This document shows, in pieces, positions 1-9,436 of a DNA stretch of 64,000 bases. Under the pieces are notes generated by a model. That model saw only the letters and a list, made by a program, of their open reading frames with translations, ran no database searches and was not told where the DNA came from. The DNA is taken from positions 1 through 64,000 of the forward strand of contig JBFOMH010000021.1 in NCBI GenBank assembly GCA_040830765.1, in the 5' to 3' direction. Positions within the stretch are counted from its first letter, which is position 1; every line of letters begins with the position of its first letter. The translations under genes were made by a program, and so were the position numbers. The stretch is from Puniceicoccaceae bacterium. Lineage in GTDB: Bacteria; Verrucomicrobiota; Verrucomicrobiia; Opitutales; Oceanipulchritudinaceae.

Positions 1-627
1 CCCCCCCCTTTCTCCGTTCCCCCCGGCTGGGCCTCCCCCCCGCCCCCTAACCATGCCCCCCCCTCCCCCCCCCTTTCCCGAGGGGTCCAACCCCCCTCCC
101 CCATCGCCTCCCCCCCAGTCGAGGACCTCCCGGCGGTTTGGGCCTTTTCTTCCGACCTTTCCCCCGCCTTTCCCAAGAACCGCCTCAACGGAAGACTTCT
201 GCTCACGGGCCAGCGCTGCCATCATCTGGGCGGCCGCCGCTTCCATATAGAGTTGGCCAAGATCCTCCCGGGCCAGACGGAGGGCGGAGGCATATTCGGC
301 ACGAGCCAGGTCCAACCGGGCTTCTTCGCGGTCGTTGAGCGCACCTTCCCTTGTCAGGTTGGGAATGGGGAAGCGCAGGCTGACAGCGGTCTGGTCGCGG
401 TTGTTGGGCCGGTCGTCGGTACTGATGCGCAATTCGGGATCCTCCCAGACAAGGCGTTCTTCTGACCGGATGGTGCGGGCTTCAATCTCGACTTCAGCAA
501 GTTTCAGGGAAGGATGGTTTTGCAGTGCCGGGACGAGCCACTCTTCCAGCGTGATCAGGGTCTCCTCCCCTGGAAGCAGGATGCAAAAGGCCAGAAGGCC
601 CGTCAAAATGGTCCAGCTGTGCTTCAT
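1..627 (-). CDS. TolC/CzcC-family outer-membrane efflux protein, 5' part only (runs off window; last ~170 nt unreliable)
   Basis: Not in the ORF track because it has no stop in the window. ATG at 627 overlaps the HlyD stop (ATGA). My translation: MKHSWTILTGLLAFCILLPGEETLITLEEWLVPALQNHPSLKLAEVEIEA...WEDPELRIS...AVSLRFPIP..., i.e. signal peptide, 'AL-xHP-L' helix, 'DPEL' and 'SLRFPIP' strands typical of OEP proteins; directly follows HlyD. Confidence 0.7.
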   Translation of the reverse strand, partial: MKHSWTILTGLLAFCILLPGEETLITLEEWLVPALQNHPSLKLAEVEIEARTIRSEERLVWEDPELRISTDDRPNNRDQTAVSLRFPIPNLTREGALNDREEARLDLARAEYASALRLAREDLGQLYMEAAAAQMMAALAREQKSSVEAVLGKGGGKVGRKGPNRREVLDWGGGDGGGGLDPSGKGGGGGGMVRGRGGGPAGGNGERGG

Positions 628-1724
628 TCTCCCGGTTTCCAGCCTCCGAAAATTGACGTCCAAAACATCTCCCCGCGTGGAAGCAGGATGACAAGGCTGG
701 TCCCAGGTGGAAGGTCCATTGGCTCAACCGGGATAAGCTCCAGCCGCCGGCCCCGGACCACCTGGTTGGGGATGGGGCTGGCCCGATCGGGGACAGCGAT
801 AATCTGCGGGGAGATACCGGTGATTTCCGCGCGGAAGCGGTTGCCTCCGACAGCGGGCTCAACATCGATTACTTCCCCGATGGAAATGGGCCGGGTATCG
901 GTCTCGTCCATGAAGGCGAGGATCCTTGGTGGCTGCCGTGTAATGATATCGAGAATACGCTGGCCGGCGTCGATGACTTCCCCAGGTTGGCGCCGAATCC
1001 GGGACACCGTTCCGGACTCGCTGGCCCGCAGGATATGGTCCTGTCTCCGCTGTTCCAGCAATTGCAGCCGGGAGGGAATGGCGTCATCGCCGTTGACGGG
1101 CTCATACTGTGCGAGGACGGCAGACCGCAAGTCATTGAGATTGACCAGTTCTGCCTCCAGTTCCTCGATGGCTTCCGCATAGTGGATCAAGCGTTGATTT
1201 CGGGAAGCAACATCGAGATCGATCTCCACAATGTCCTCCGCTGTGGCAAAACGGTCGGCAATGAGGCCTTCAATCCTTTCCTGTTCAGTAAGGAGAAGGT
1301 CGAGCTCAGCCTGGGTTTCGGCCTGCGCCAGCCGAACTGCCCGAAGCTCTTCGCGGACTCTCTGGGAAGCGCTGAGGAACTGGCGCAGGTCCTCGGCCCG
1401 GTTGGCCTTGTAAGCGCTCTCCCGCAGGGCAATTTCCTCGTCGATAAGGGTTGTGTCCATTTCCGCGACGATATCACCGGCCTCAATGACCTGGCCTTCG
1501 CGGACGAGAATCGTTTTCAATCGGCCGGTCTCCAGCGGGGCCACGGATTCCTGGACAACCTCAACCATGCCGTTGATGCGAATGTATTCACCTCCGTTTT
1601 CATACAGCCAGAGGGCAAAGACGGCCAGGAAGAGCCATACGAGAATGGGCCACTTCCACCGGAGACGGCTCCAGAGGACGGAGGGATGGCGGGGCAGGGG
1701 ACGGGCTGGTTTTTCGCTGGCCAT
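624..1724 (-). CDS. HlyD-family periplasmic adaptor (membrane fusion protein)
   Basis: One N-terminal TM helix, lipoyl half-motifs (GRLKTILVREGQVIEAGDIVAEMD; LRASESGTVSRIRRQPGEVIDAGQRI) flanking a long coiled coil. Confidence 0.9.
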   Translation of the reverse strand: MASEKPARPLPRHPSVLWSRLRWKWPILVWLFLAVFALWLYENGGEYIRINGMVEVVQESVAPLETGRLKTILVREGQVIEAGDIVAEMDTTLIDEEIALRESAYKANRAEDLRQFLSASQRVREELRAVRLAQAETQAELDLLLTEQERIEGLIADRFATAEDIVEIDLDVASRNQRLIHYAEAIEELEAELVNLNDLRSAVLAQYEPVNGDDAIPSRLQLLEQRRQDHILRASESGTVSRIRRQPGEVIDAGQRILDIITRQPPRILAFMDETDTRPISIGEVIDVEPAVGGNRFRAEITGISPQIIAVPDRASPIPNQVVRGRRLELIPVEPMDLPPGTSLVILLPRGEMFWTSIFGGWKPGE

Positions 1725-2407
1725 CAGATTTCCACGGTTGAACGTTGCATGATCAGGCTGACCTCGTTCACTTCATCGATGATTTCGATGTCGCTGACCA
1801 GGTTCGTTTTGTAAGTCGGGTCCAGGAGCCTTACCTGATAGGCGTACTCCAGGAAGTCGCCCTGGGCACCTTCCCGCACTGAAACCATTTCCGCCGAACT
1901 GGCGTAGCGGTCAAATACCTCCTTCAGGGGCGACTCCAGCTTGTTGTGCCGTGGGGCGGAAAAGCGGAGCAGGCCCTCGAAGGAGCGCCTTGAAGAAAAG
2001 GGCGACCAGTGGAGGTAGAGGGAAGTCAGGCTGAAAAAGAGACTGCCGACAATGCAGACCATGAAAACCTGAGCTCCGGCGGCAATCCCGACGGCGAGGC
2101 TGGCAAAGAGGAATATAATGTCCCGGGGGTCGCGGATAGGGGTCCGGAACCGGATCAGGGCGAGGGCGCCAAGGATGCCCAGGCCGCGGGCGAGGTTGTT
2201 CCCGATGGCGATAATCATGATGCAGGAGACAACGGCCGCGAGGACCACCGTCTGCAAATAGGACCGGGAATAGGAAAAGCCGGAATGGGTCCAGCGGTAG
2301 ACCATTGCCAGCATGCTGGAAGCGAGGAAGGCCACGATCAGGCACAGCAGGAGCTGCATGCCATTGAGGGCGCGGGCGGGGCCGAGGGATTCGAATATGG
2401 GTTGCAT
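1724..2407 (-). CDS. DUF4956-family membrane protein (MgtC-like TM region plus C-terminal soluble domain)
   Basis: Signature IGNNLARGLGILGALALIRFRTPIRDPRDIIFLF; several TM helices; next to a VTC gene as is usual for this family; TGATG overlap with the HlyD start. Confidence 0.9.
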   Translation of the reverse strand: MQPIFESLGPARALNGMQLLLCLIVAFLASSMLAMVYRWTHSGFSYSRSYLQTVVLAAVVSCIMIIAIGNNLARGLGILGALALIRFRTPIRDPRDIIFLFASLAVGIAAGAQVFMVCIVGSLFFSLTSLYLHWSPFSSRRSFEGLLRFSAPRHNKLESPLKEVFDRYASSAEMVSVREGAQGDFLEYAYQVRLLDPTYKTNLVSDIEIIDEVNEVSLIMQRSTVEI

Positions 2408-2419
2408 GGGATATCAGGT

Positions 2420-3211
2420 TCAGTAGGTGCAGTTTTCCGCCGCATCCGAAAAAGAAAAGCCGCAATGCAGCAATTCAAGCCGGGTAGCAGTGGCATATTT
2501 GCAGAAGTCAGTCCGGACCAGGTTAAAGCGCTCGATAAGTTCGGCCATCCAGCTTGGCTGGTCGGAGGTGCATTTCAACTCAAGAATAAAGGCTGGATAG
2601 TCTCTCGCGTAGGTCATGGTGCTGTCCATGGCGCGCCAGCGACCGCTGCCGGGCAGGTCCCAGCCCCGCGTTGGCTGGTAACGGATTCGGCGATCGAAGG
2701 TGACCCGGGCGTAGGCGTCGTTCTCGCTCATGAAGCTTTCTCGGTCGTAGCGGACCCGCAGGACGGGCCGGGCGTTTATTAAACGAAAGGCGTGCTCGAA
2801 CTCGTAGAACGGCAACCGTTGCCTGTCAGGGAGGCTGGCCGGCATGCGGGGGCCAAGGATAATGTCTTCCAGGCCCGACCAGCCCGGTGGAAGGGCAGCA
2901 CGGCTCTTGTCGACAAATTCCCCGACGCGCCGTTTGATTTCCAGGAACAGCGGGGCGTTATCCGAGTTTCCATAGGTCCGGGCCCGCAACTTGAAGCGGT
3001 TGGCTGACTTGTTCTCGTTGGCGAGGTAGCAATCGCGTTTGTAGCTGTCGAAAAAGAGGGTCGAGACGGTGTATTCCCCGGTTACCGGGTCGGCATGCCG
3101 ATCCCGCTTGCAGAATAACAGGACAAAGTCGCGAATGGCATCCCGTAGCCGGACATCTACGACATATTTCATTTCGTAGCGGGCGATGTGCTGTTCGGAT
3201 GCAACGAGCAT
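2420..3211 (-). CDS. VTC-domain (polyphosphate polymerase-like, CYTH/TTM fold) protein
   Basis: Motifs RYEMKY, Y-x-V-STLFFDS, RFKLRARTY, FLEIKRR, VRYDRESF, RVTFD, ILELK, FCKY. Confidence 0.9.
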   Translation of the reverse strand: MLVASEQHIARYEMKYVVDVRLRDAIRDFVLLFCKRDRHADPVTGEYTVSTLFFDSYKRDCYLANENKSANRFKLRARTYGNSDNAPLFLEIKRRVGEFVDKSRAALPPGWSGLEDIILGPRMPASLPDRQRLPFYEFEHAFRLINARPVLRVRYDRESFMSENDAYARVTFDRRIRYQPTRGWDLPGSGRWRAMDSTMTYARDYPAFILELKCTSDQPSWMAELIERFNLVRTDFCKYATATRLELLHCGFSFSDAAENCTY

Positions 3212-3232
3212 GGGTAATTTTTTGACAAGGGA

Positions 3233-6200
3233 TTACTTGAGGAGCCAGACCCATCTTCCTGAGGGAGCCTCCGAAGCGACATAGGCATAGAGGTACTGCC
3301 ACCAGACCCAATTGCCAAGGATGGGCTCGCCATAGGGACTCCAGACCCATCCGAGGGTGTAGTCATCCACCCAGACACCGAGGCTTTCCTCCGCTTCACC
3401 GGGAGTGCCTCCCGGGTTGGGGCTGGCCTTCCATGCGGTCGATTGGGTTGGCCAGCCGCGTCTTCCGATGTTTGCCGGGATCAGCGAGTAGCCGGCGGTT
3501 GCGGCCTCCTCCGGCCACGGATTTCCGGGCTGATAGACGACTTCCTGGATCCGGCCAAGGGTGGCATGTTCCAGGACCAGGTGCTCACCGTCATTGGAAA
3601 GGTTGCCGGCATATTCACCGGCGACCGGGGCACTTGGATGCAGTTGCGCAAATGCGGCAGCATTGCTGACGACCAGGATACGTTCATCAGGCTGGATTTG
3701 CTGGCCGGGCAGGAAGCTGAAGCTGACCGCGCCGGAGAGTTGAACCCCGTACAGACTGATGGGAGCCGGACCGGCATTGCGGATTTCGATAAACTCGAGG
3801 TCCCGGCCCAAGGCGAGTTCCGTGGGCAGCGGGGCGTAGTGAATCTCCGCAATCTGCAAGTCGGCTGGATCCCCTTCTGGGTGGAAGTTGCCCTCCTGCA
3901 GGGGTCCCCACACGCCGTTGGAAAGGATGCGGGCCTTGATCGACGTCCGGAGATTGACGCTAAGGGGCTCTGAATAGACGAGGGCCTGCGGAGAGACCGA
4001 GCCTCCTGGCTGGCGGGGATCAGGACCGTTCAAGGTGTAATAGATGATCGGATTACCCGTGCTGAAGGTTTCCATGACGAGTGGGTTTTGCGGGGACAAC
4101 GAACCGGAGTACCGGGAAAATGTCGGAGCCGGGACCGGCGGGATGAGTCCGAGTTCGGCGTACTGCTGGAGGAGTAAACTGTTGCGGACCGGAATCAAGT
4201 TGTTGCGCAAGCGTTGGCGTTCCTTGACCCATTGGTTGTCCCGGGTATAGAGCTCGTAGGGTCCGGCAGTACGATGAACATCGCGGCGGTAGTCCCCCCA
4301 GCGGGCGGATTCTGCGACCAGAGCCCGGTAATTTTCAACTGAGCGTTCCTCCCAGAGTCGCAGGGCTTCATCGGTCGTCAGGACCCCGTTGTTGCGGAGG
4401 TGCTTCTGGATCCGGTCAGTGACAAGGATCCTGTACTCCGCATTACGGAGAAGGGAGTGGAATATTCCGCCCGGATTGTCCTCGGTATTCTTGAGGGTGG
4501 TGTTCGACTGCGGCGTCTCGAAGATGAACTCGCTATCCCAGGCCAGGAAGTACCACTTCCCTCCGTTACGGTTACGGATCGAATACCAGTTGTGGTGGTC
4601 CCAGTCCTCGTTGCCGCCCCAATGATTAAGCATCATGTAGTCGGTGAAGGCCTCCAGGTCCAGGACCTCGGCTATCTGGTTGTATACTCCCGGCTGGCTC
4701 GTGTCCTGGCGGACCAATGAAAGAAAGGTATTCCAGGCGTCGATTGTCCCATCGATGACCTCGCTGGAATTGAGGCAGTCATAATCGTCTTCATCGCCAC
4801 CGAAGTAGGAAGCGCCAAACTGGTTACTGGCCCTTTCCGTTGGATTGAAAAGACCCCAGAAGATGCCGTTGATGTAGAGGAAGGCGTTGATGTTGTGGAG
4901 GTAGGGTGAGCCCATTGCCCCCTGGAGGTCCTTGGCAAATTGGTCGCGGACGTACTGGGCGCGGCCCCGGTTGTCGCCCCGGAATGTATTGTGGTGCAAC
5001 CAGGACTGGTTGCCATGACCACGAAGGATGAGGGTATCAAACTCTGTGTCCGCATCCGGTTGCGGAAAGAGGGGAAACTTGAGATTGCCGTCCTCGTAAT
5101 CGCGACGGAAGGCGAGGCGGAAGGAGCGTTTTGGGGAGCGTTGGGGGTCCCGCATGTGACCGCCCTGCATACGGAGGCCGGCATCGATCTGGAAACCCTC
5201 ACGTCCATCGGGATAAATGAGCTCCAGGGAGACCGGTCGTTCCCAGTCCATGCCTGTCTCCTGCGGGTTCATGAAGATGCCAGTATTGCGGTCGAAAAGA
5301 TTCTCCTTGGCGGTGACAATGGAAAGCGTTGGCAGTGAGAGCAGCGACTGTCGCATCTGGTCCCTGTACTGGTCACTATCGGTCACTTCCGGGTCCATTT
5401 CGTAATCGGCCGGCATGTCCTCTCGGTTGCGGATGTTCTTCCAGGTCTGCGGATAGCCTTCGGGGTTGTTGTCCTGCCGGATGACGTCCTCGAGGAAGAT
5501 GTAGGTCTGGGTATCGACATCGGTTGCCTTGAAGCCCTCCTTGAAGGCATAGGCACGGAGGACGGTGGTCGTGGCAATGGGAACCGGTCCGGTGTAGGTT
5601 GTGCCATTGGATTCGGTCGGGAGGCTGCCGTCGGTGGTGTAGCGGATGGTGGCTCCCTCGGTGGCGCTGGTGATGACCAGATCAAAGGGCAGGTCATAAA
5701 AGCCCCGGTCAATTGAGAAAACGGTATCGGCGACGACTCCCTCGAAGGCGGGGACGAGATTGGCTGTACCCGGGGTCATGGCGGTAAAAAGCTGGTAGCT
5801 GCCGCTGGCGGAATCCCATCCGTAGGAAGTTCCAATCACCTGCGGGGGAAACTCCGGGGCCAGCTCACTGACCACGGTGCCGGCAGCGTTGTAGAGCCCA
5901 AGGTATTCACCGGAGGAACTGAGCTTGAAGGGAACCTGCAGGGGCAGGGCCGGGTCCCGCTGCTCGATATCCGTTGCAAAAACAAGGAGGTACCCATTGG
6001 CGGGAATGGAGACGGAGGGAAATATCCACTTACGGGGCAAGGTGGCGTCATCAGTCAGCGACCAGCCAGCCAGATCAATCGCTGTTGTCCCATAGTTATG
6101 CAGTTCGAGCCAGTCCCCCTCAATTCCGGTTGGCTCAGTGATGGGACTGGGTTCCTGCAGGCCGACAAAGTACCGCCACGGATCGGCCGGACCGTTCACG

Positions 6201-6829
6201 GAGGTGGTTCCAACCTGAACATCCACATGGAGAAAGGCGTCGCTGCTGCGAATGGATTGGTTCAGCAATTGAATGGCAATGACGTTGGTACCCGGCTGGA
6301 AAACCCCGTAGGCCGGTCCAAGGTTGAAGACTTCTCGGTGGTCTTGTCCGTCGCCGGCATCATTACTGGCCCGGTGGGAACCATCAGCGAGAGCAGTGTA
6401 GGGAAGGGGGGAGCCGTCGAAAGTGACATTCCCGTGGGCCACTGCGATGCCATCGATGTAGAGCACGAAGGCATCGTCGTAATCAATAATCAGATTCACA
6501 TCCTCGGCGGATTGGGCGGCAACCGGTTCCATTTCAATGAGGGACCGCGTGTAAAGGGTGGTCGCCTTGAGATACATCTCCCCATGGAGATTCGTTGTAA
6601 CCTGGTAATCCGTTCCGGCATCCATGCCAATTGGCAGGGTCGTTAGTCCCCAGGATGAATCGTCGAAATCCGGATGGCGCCAGTCTTCCGGGCCTGGGGT
6701 TGCATCAAGAACAAGCGTCGGAAAGGCGCTCAACTCGTTAATGCGGACAGACTGGGCGTGACCCTGGGAGAATAAGCAAATTGTCGCCAGGACAAGGCAC
6801 AAGGGCAGGCTGGGGCGCAAAGAAGACAT
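3233..6829 (-). CDS. Secreted CotH-kinase protein with lamin-tail and chitobiase/Fn3-like domains and a C-terminal Trp-rich tail
   Basis: Signal peptide; LTD motifs (DWLELHNYG..IDLAGWSLTD; EFIEIRNAG); IRYTTDGSLP; CotH motifs (KRSFRL, YINGIFWGLFNPTE, GNEDWDHHN, LAWDSE, ESARWGD). Confidence 0.88.
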   Translation of the reverse strand: MSSLRPSLPLCLVLATICLFSQGHAQSVRINELSAFPTLVLDATPGPEDWRHPDFDDSSWGLTTLPIGMDAGTDYQVTTNLHGEMYLKATTLYTRSLIEMEPVAAQSAEDVNLIIDYDDAFVLYIDGIAVAHGNVTFDGSPLPYTALADGSHRASNDAGDGQDHREVFNLGPAYGVFQPGTNVIAIQLLNQSIRSSDAFLHVDVQVGTTSVNGPADPWRYFVGLQEPSPITEPTGIEGDWLELHNYGTTAIDLAGWSLTDDATLPRKWIFPSVSIPANGYLLVFATDIEQRDPALPLQVPFKLSSSGEYLGLYNAAGTVVSELAPEFPPQVIGTSYGWDSASGSYQLFTAMTPGTANLVPAFEGVVADTVFSIDRGFYDLPFDLVITSATEGATIRYTTDGSLPTESNGTTYTGPVPIATTTVLRAYAFKEGFKATDVDTQTYIFLEDVIRQDNNPEGYPQTWKNIRNREDMPADYEMDPEVTDSDQYRDQMRQSLLSLPTLSIVTAKENLFDRNTGIFMNPQETGMDWERPVSLELIYPDGREGFQIDAGLRMQGGHMRDPQRSPKRSFRLAFRRDYEDGNLKFPLFPQPDADTEFDTLILRGHGNQSWLHHNTFRGDNRGRAQYVRDQFAKDLQGAMGSPYLHNINAFLYINGIFWGLFNPTERASNQFGASYFGGDEDDYDCLNSSEVIDGTIDAWNTFLSLVRQDTSQPGVYNQIAEVLDLEAFTDYMMLNHWGGNEDWDHHNWYSIRNRNGGKWYFLAWDSEFIFETPQSNTTLKNTEDNPGGIFHSLLRNAEYRILVTDRIQKHLRNNGVLTTDEALRLWEERSVENYRALVAESARWGDYRRDVHRTAGPYELYTRDNQWVKERQRLRNNLIPVRNSLLLQQYAELGLIPPVPAPTFSRYSGSLSPQNPLVMETFSTGNPIIYYTLNGPDPRQPGGSVSPQALVYSEPLSVNLRTSIKARILSNGVWGPLQEGNFHPEGDPADLQIAEIHYAPLPTELALGRDLEFIEIRNAGPAPISLYGVQLSGAVSFSFLPGQQIQPDERILVVSNAAAFAQLHPSAPVAGEYAGNLSNDGEHLVLEHATLGRIQEVVYQPGNPWPEEAATAGYSLIPANIGRRGWPTQSTAWKASPNPGGTPGEAEESLGVWVDDYTLGWVWSPYGEPILGNWVWWQYLYAYVASEAPSGRWVWLLK

Positions 6830-6881
6830 CTTCTGGGGTAGTAGACGGGGGAAAGACAGGGACAGATTAGGCAGAATTTTC

Positions 6882-6934
6882 GAGCAGACTGTAGGTCTGC
6901 TCCTTCAAAATGCCAACAAATACTTCATTTTGAA
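6882..6934. promoter_or_regulatory. Two dyads upstream of the CotH operon
   Basis: GAGCAGAC-N5-GTCTGCTC (6882-6902) and TTCAAAATG-N13-CATTTTGAA (6904-6934); no U-tract on the minus strand; function unknown. Confidence 0.35.
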
Positions 6935-6980
6935 CAGTAAAAAAGTGTACAATCGTGCACTTAGGAGGATGGTGCCCTCG

Positions 6981-9254
6981 CTAGAAGCGGTACAATATGG
7001 AGTGCTTCCCGGACCCGATGCCGTCAATCCGGATGAAATTCCCTTCACGAACGCCGAATACTTCGTGGTCATCAACCAGGACCTTGTTGGAGATGCCACC
7101 CTTGGCAGGAATTAACAGGCGGGAGACGGTATTGGCAGGGGTTTCGATTTCGAGTTGGAAGCTACTGCCGGGGTGATTCTCAAATCGCACGCTGACCGGG
7201 CCACGGATGGTCGGCTTAGTGATCTCGGCCCACTTGAGGGAGCCCGGTTGGGGGGCGATGAGGATTTGCTCGAAGCCGGGTGTTAGGGGCTGGATACCCA
7301 TGAGGTTGCGGGGGATGATATTGGCCGGGGCGGCTCCCCAGGCATGGTTCCAGTCCTGGTTGGGTTTGAAACGGTTGTCCCAGGCCTCGAGGGTGATGGT
7401 TGTTCCAACGTCGTAGACCATGTGGGCCCAGGAGCGTTCCCCGGTTGAGGTGAGGAGGGCGAGGGCGTAATCGTCCTGACCGGCGGCATAGAGCGCCTCA
7501 AGGAGGAACTGCGACCCATAGACACTGCAGGCCATGCCCTTGGACTGGATATGAGCCAGGACGGCCTCCATTGAGGCTTCGGGCACCAGACCGAAGGCAA
7601 GGGCAAACATGTTCGCATGGAGGGAACTGTGGGAGCTGCCTTCCCCGTCCAGTACAAGTTTCGTTGTCGGGTCGAAAAAGACCGCGTGAAAGCTTTCCCG
7701 GATCTCCGCCGCCCGGTCGCGGTACCAGCGGACATCGTCCGCATGGCCGAGGGCCTCTGCGATTTTCTCCATCAGGACGACGGCCCGGTAGTGGAACGCG
7801 TTGACAACCGCGTTCATCGGCCGGTCGTCGAAGTTATCCCGCTCCGACTGGGGCCAGTCGACAATGTTACGCAGGCCCTTGGGATACATTTCCAGGGAAT
7901 CCCCGACAAAATGAATGGAGGCCATGATGTCGTCATTCATCCCTTCGAGGGAAATCAGGTGGTCCTCACGGGCGAGGGCGGTCAGCGCCTTGGCCTTGAG
8001 GTTCTTGTAGTGAAATTCCAATGACGAGGGATCGCCAGTGTAGATGTAATCGTTCCAGGCGATGAGGACGGAATCGAGAATCCACTCCGTCGGCCAGGTA
8101 GGGTAGTGGATAAGATGTTCATGGGTGCGGCGCCCCATGGCGTACTCGCGGTCGACACAGTAGTGCCCCAGCTGGTTGATATAGGCATCCGCCTCATAGG
8201 GAATGCGCTCGCGGTCCCCGTCGACGTAGTATCCGCAGAAGCTGGTTGCCTTCATCGTGTAGTGGCAGAGTTCCCAGACATCGTTGAGTACCTCGCTGGA
8301 GGACTGGAAGCGGGCGGCATTGTCGTCGAACGGCGTATGGACCCGCAGCTGGCGAACGCTTTCCGGTGCCAGCTCCCGCTGCAGACTGTGAATCTCCACA
8401 TAGCGGAATGGATACACCTCAAAGAGATAATCCGGCATGTGGATGGCGAAGTCCCGCGTATTCCGTTCATCGGGGGGGATGACCAGACGATAGGTCGTGG
8501 TTCCCGGAACCAGCTGTAGCGGGATCATCTGGTAGCGCCGGCTGCCACCCGGTTCCCGGTCGATGCGACCCGGGGCCAGCAAGACTTCTCCCAGATGAAT
8601 CTCAATGGTCCGTTGCTGCTCCACCTCGACGTCGAGCTCGATGGTACCAAAGGCGGCTTTCCCGAAATCGATGAACCAGGCGCTTTCCCCGATACTCTGG
8701 ATCTCCGTAGCTGGTACAGGGGTGTAGACCATTCGATGGGCATCCACCGGGCGCTCGTGAGCGAGCGTGCCCGTGGTGAAGGCCTGGGTCTCCGACCATG
8801 TGCTGACGTCATCCGGTTCATTCCACGTCCGGACTTTCCAGTAATAGGTGGTATCGGACTCGAGTTCCTTTCCTTTGTAACGGACATGCGTGGATTGCCC
8901 GTCGACCGCCCATGCCGAACCGGGATCCGGCGCTCCACTGTCCCACAGGTCGCCCTCGCCAGCCTCAACACCGCTGGCGGTGCTCCCCACGATGATCTGG
9001 TAGCCCACCTGATGGGCATTGGGAGCCTGATCATTGACGATCCACGAAAAGCGGGGATACCGGTTGGTTATCTGGCCGTGTTCTGGCTCCACCAGGAGAT
9101 CGACCATTAATCCGGTCGGGCAATCTGCGGTTTTCATTTTGTCTTCCAAATTAGGGTGAGGTTGGGCCGACTCCAGGTAAGCCACCAACAGGCTTATCAT
9201 CAACAGGATGGAGACGATTTTGAGCAAAATAGGTCTTTTGTGATGAAGGCTCAT
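6981..9254 (-). CDS. Alpha-L-rhamnosidase, GH78
   Basis: N-terminal Fn3-like region (YYWKVRTW), FIDFGKAAFG, YVDGDRERIPYEAD, TLEAW...DWNHAWGAAP. Start may be the downstream MKTADC. Confidence 0.9.
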   Translation of the reverse strand: MSLHHKRPILLKIVSILLMISLLVAYLESAQPHPNLEDKMKTADCPTGLMVDLLVEPEHGQITNRYPRFSWIVNDQAPNAHQVGYQIIVGSTASGVEAGEGDLWDSGAPDPGSAWAVDGQSTHVRYKGKELESDTTYYWKVRTWNEPDDVSTWSETQAFTTGTLAHERPVDAHRMVYTPVPATEIQSIGESAWFIDFGKAAFGTIELDVEVEQQRTIEIHLGEVLLAPGRIDREPGGSRRYQMIPLQLVPGTTTYRLVIPPDERNTRDFAIHMPDYLFEVYPFRYVEIHSLQRELAPESVRQLRVHTPFDDNAARFQSSSEVLNDVWELCHYTMKATSFCGYYVDGDRERIPYEADAYINQLGHYCVDREYAMGRRTHEHLIHYPTWPTEWILDSVLIAWNDYIYTGDPSSLEFHYKNLKAKALTALAREDHLISLEGMNDDIMASIHFVGDSLEMYPKGLRNIVDWPQSERDNFDDRPMNAVVNAFHYRAVVLMEKIAEALGHADDVRWYRDRAAEIRESFHAVFFDPTTKLVLDGEGSSHSSLHANMFALAFGLVPEASMEAVLAHIQSKGMACSVYGSQFLLEALYAAGQDDYALALLTSTGERSWAHMVYDVGTTITLEAWDNRFKPNQDWNHAWGAAPANIIPRNLMGIQPLTPGFEQILIAPQPGSLKWAEITKPTIRGPVSVRFENHPGSSFQLEIETPANTVSRLLIPAKGGISNKVLVDDHEVFGVREGNFIRIDGIGSGKHSILYRF

Positions 9255-9307
9255 TTCAAACCATTCCGGATACTTAACAATCTCTGGCAGATTTCGATTC
9301 CTACCCC

Positions 9308-9319
9308 TTCATACAATTA
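9308..9319. promoter_or_regulatory. Shared operator-like motif, copy 1 (TTCATACAATTA)
   Basis: Lies in the divergent GH78/secreted-protein intergenic region; matches copies at 10478 and 36001. Confidence 0.5.
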
Positions 9320-9436
9320 GGAGTTCAAAGGAATGGCGGACCCGGCAGATTATTGAATTAATCAGTTCAGCTTTGGTGCCCTTCCTTGGAGTACAAGCTA
9401 GTACATATTACACCTCGAACCCTCAAACCAACTATT

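Noticed and set aside
1..175. Poly-C runs and the Pro-rich ORF 53-250; possible G-quadruplex or contingency tract
   Set aside because: The TolC-like frame drifts into Gly/Arg-rich sequence toward the edge, as expected from a G-biased low-quality read tail at a contig end. Most likely an artefact; check read coverage.
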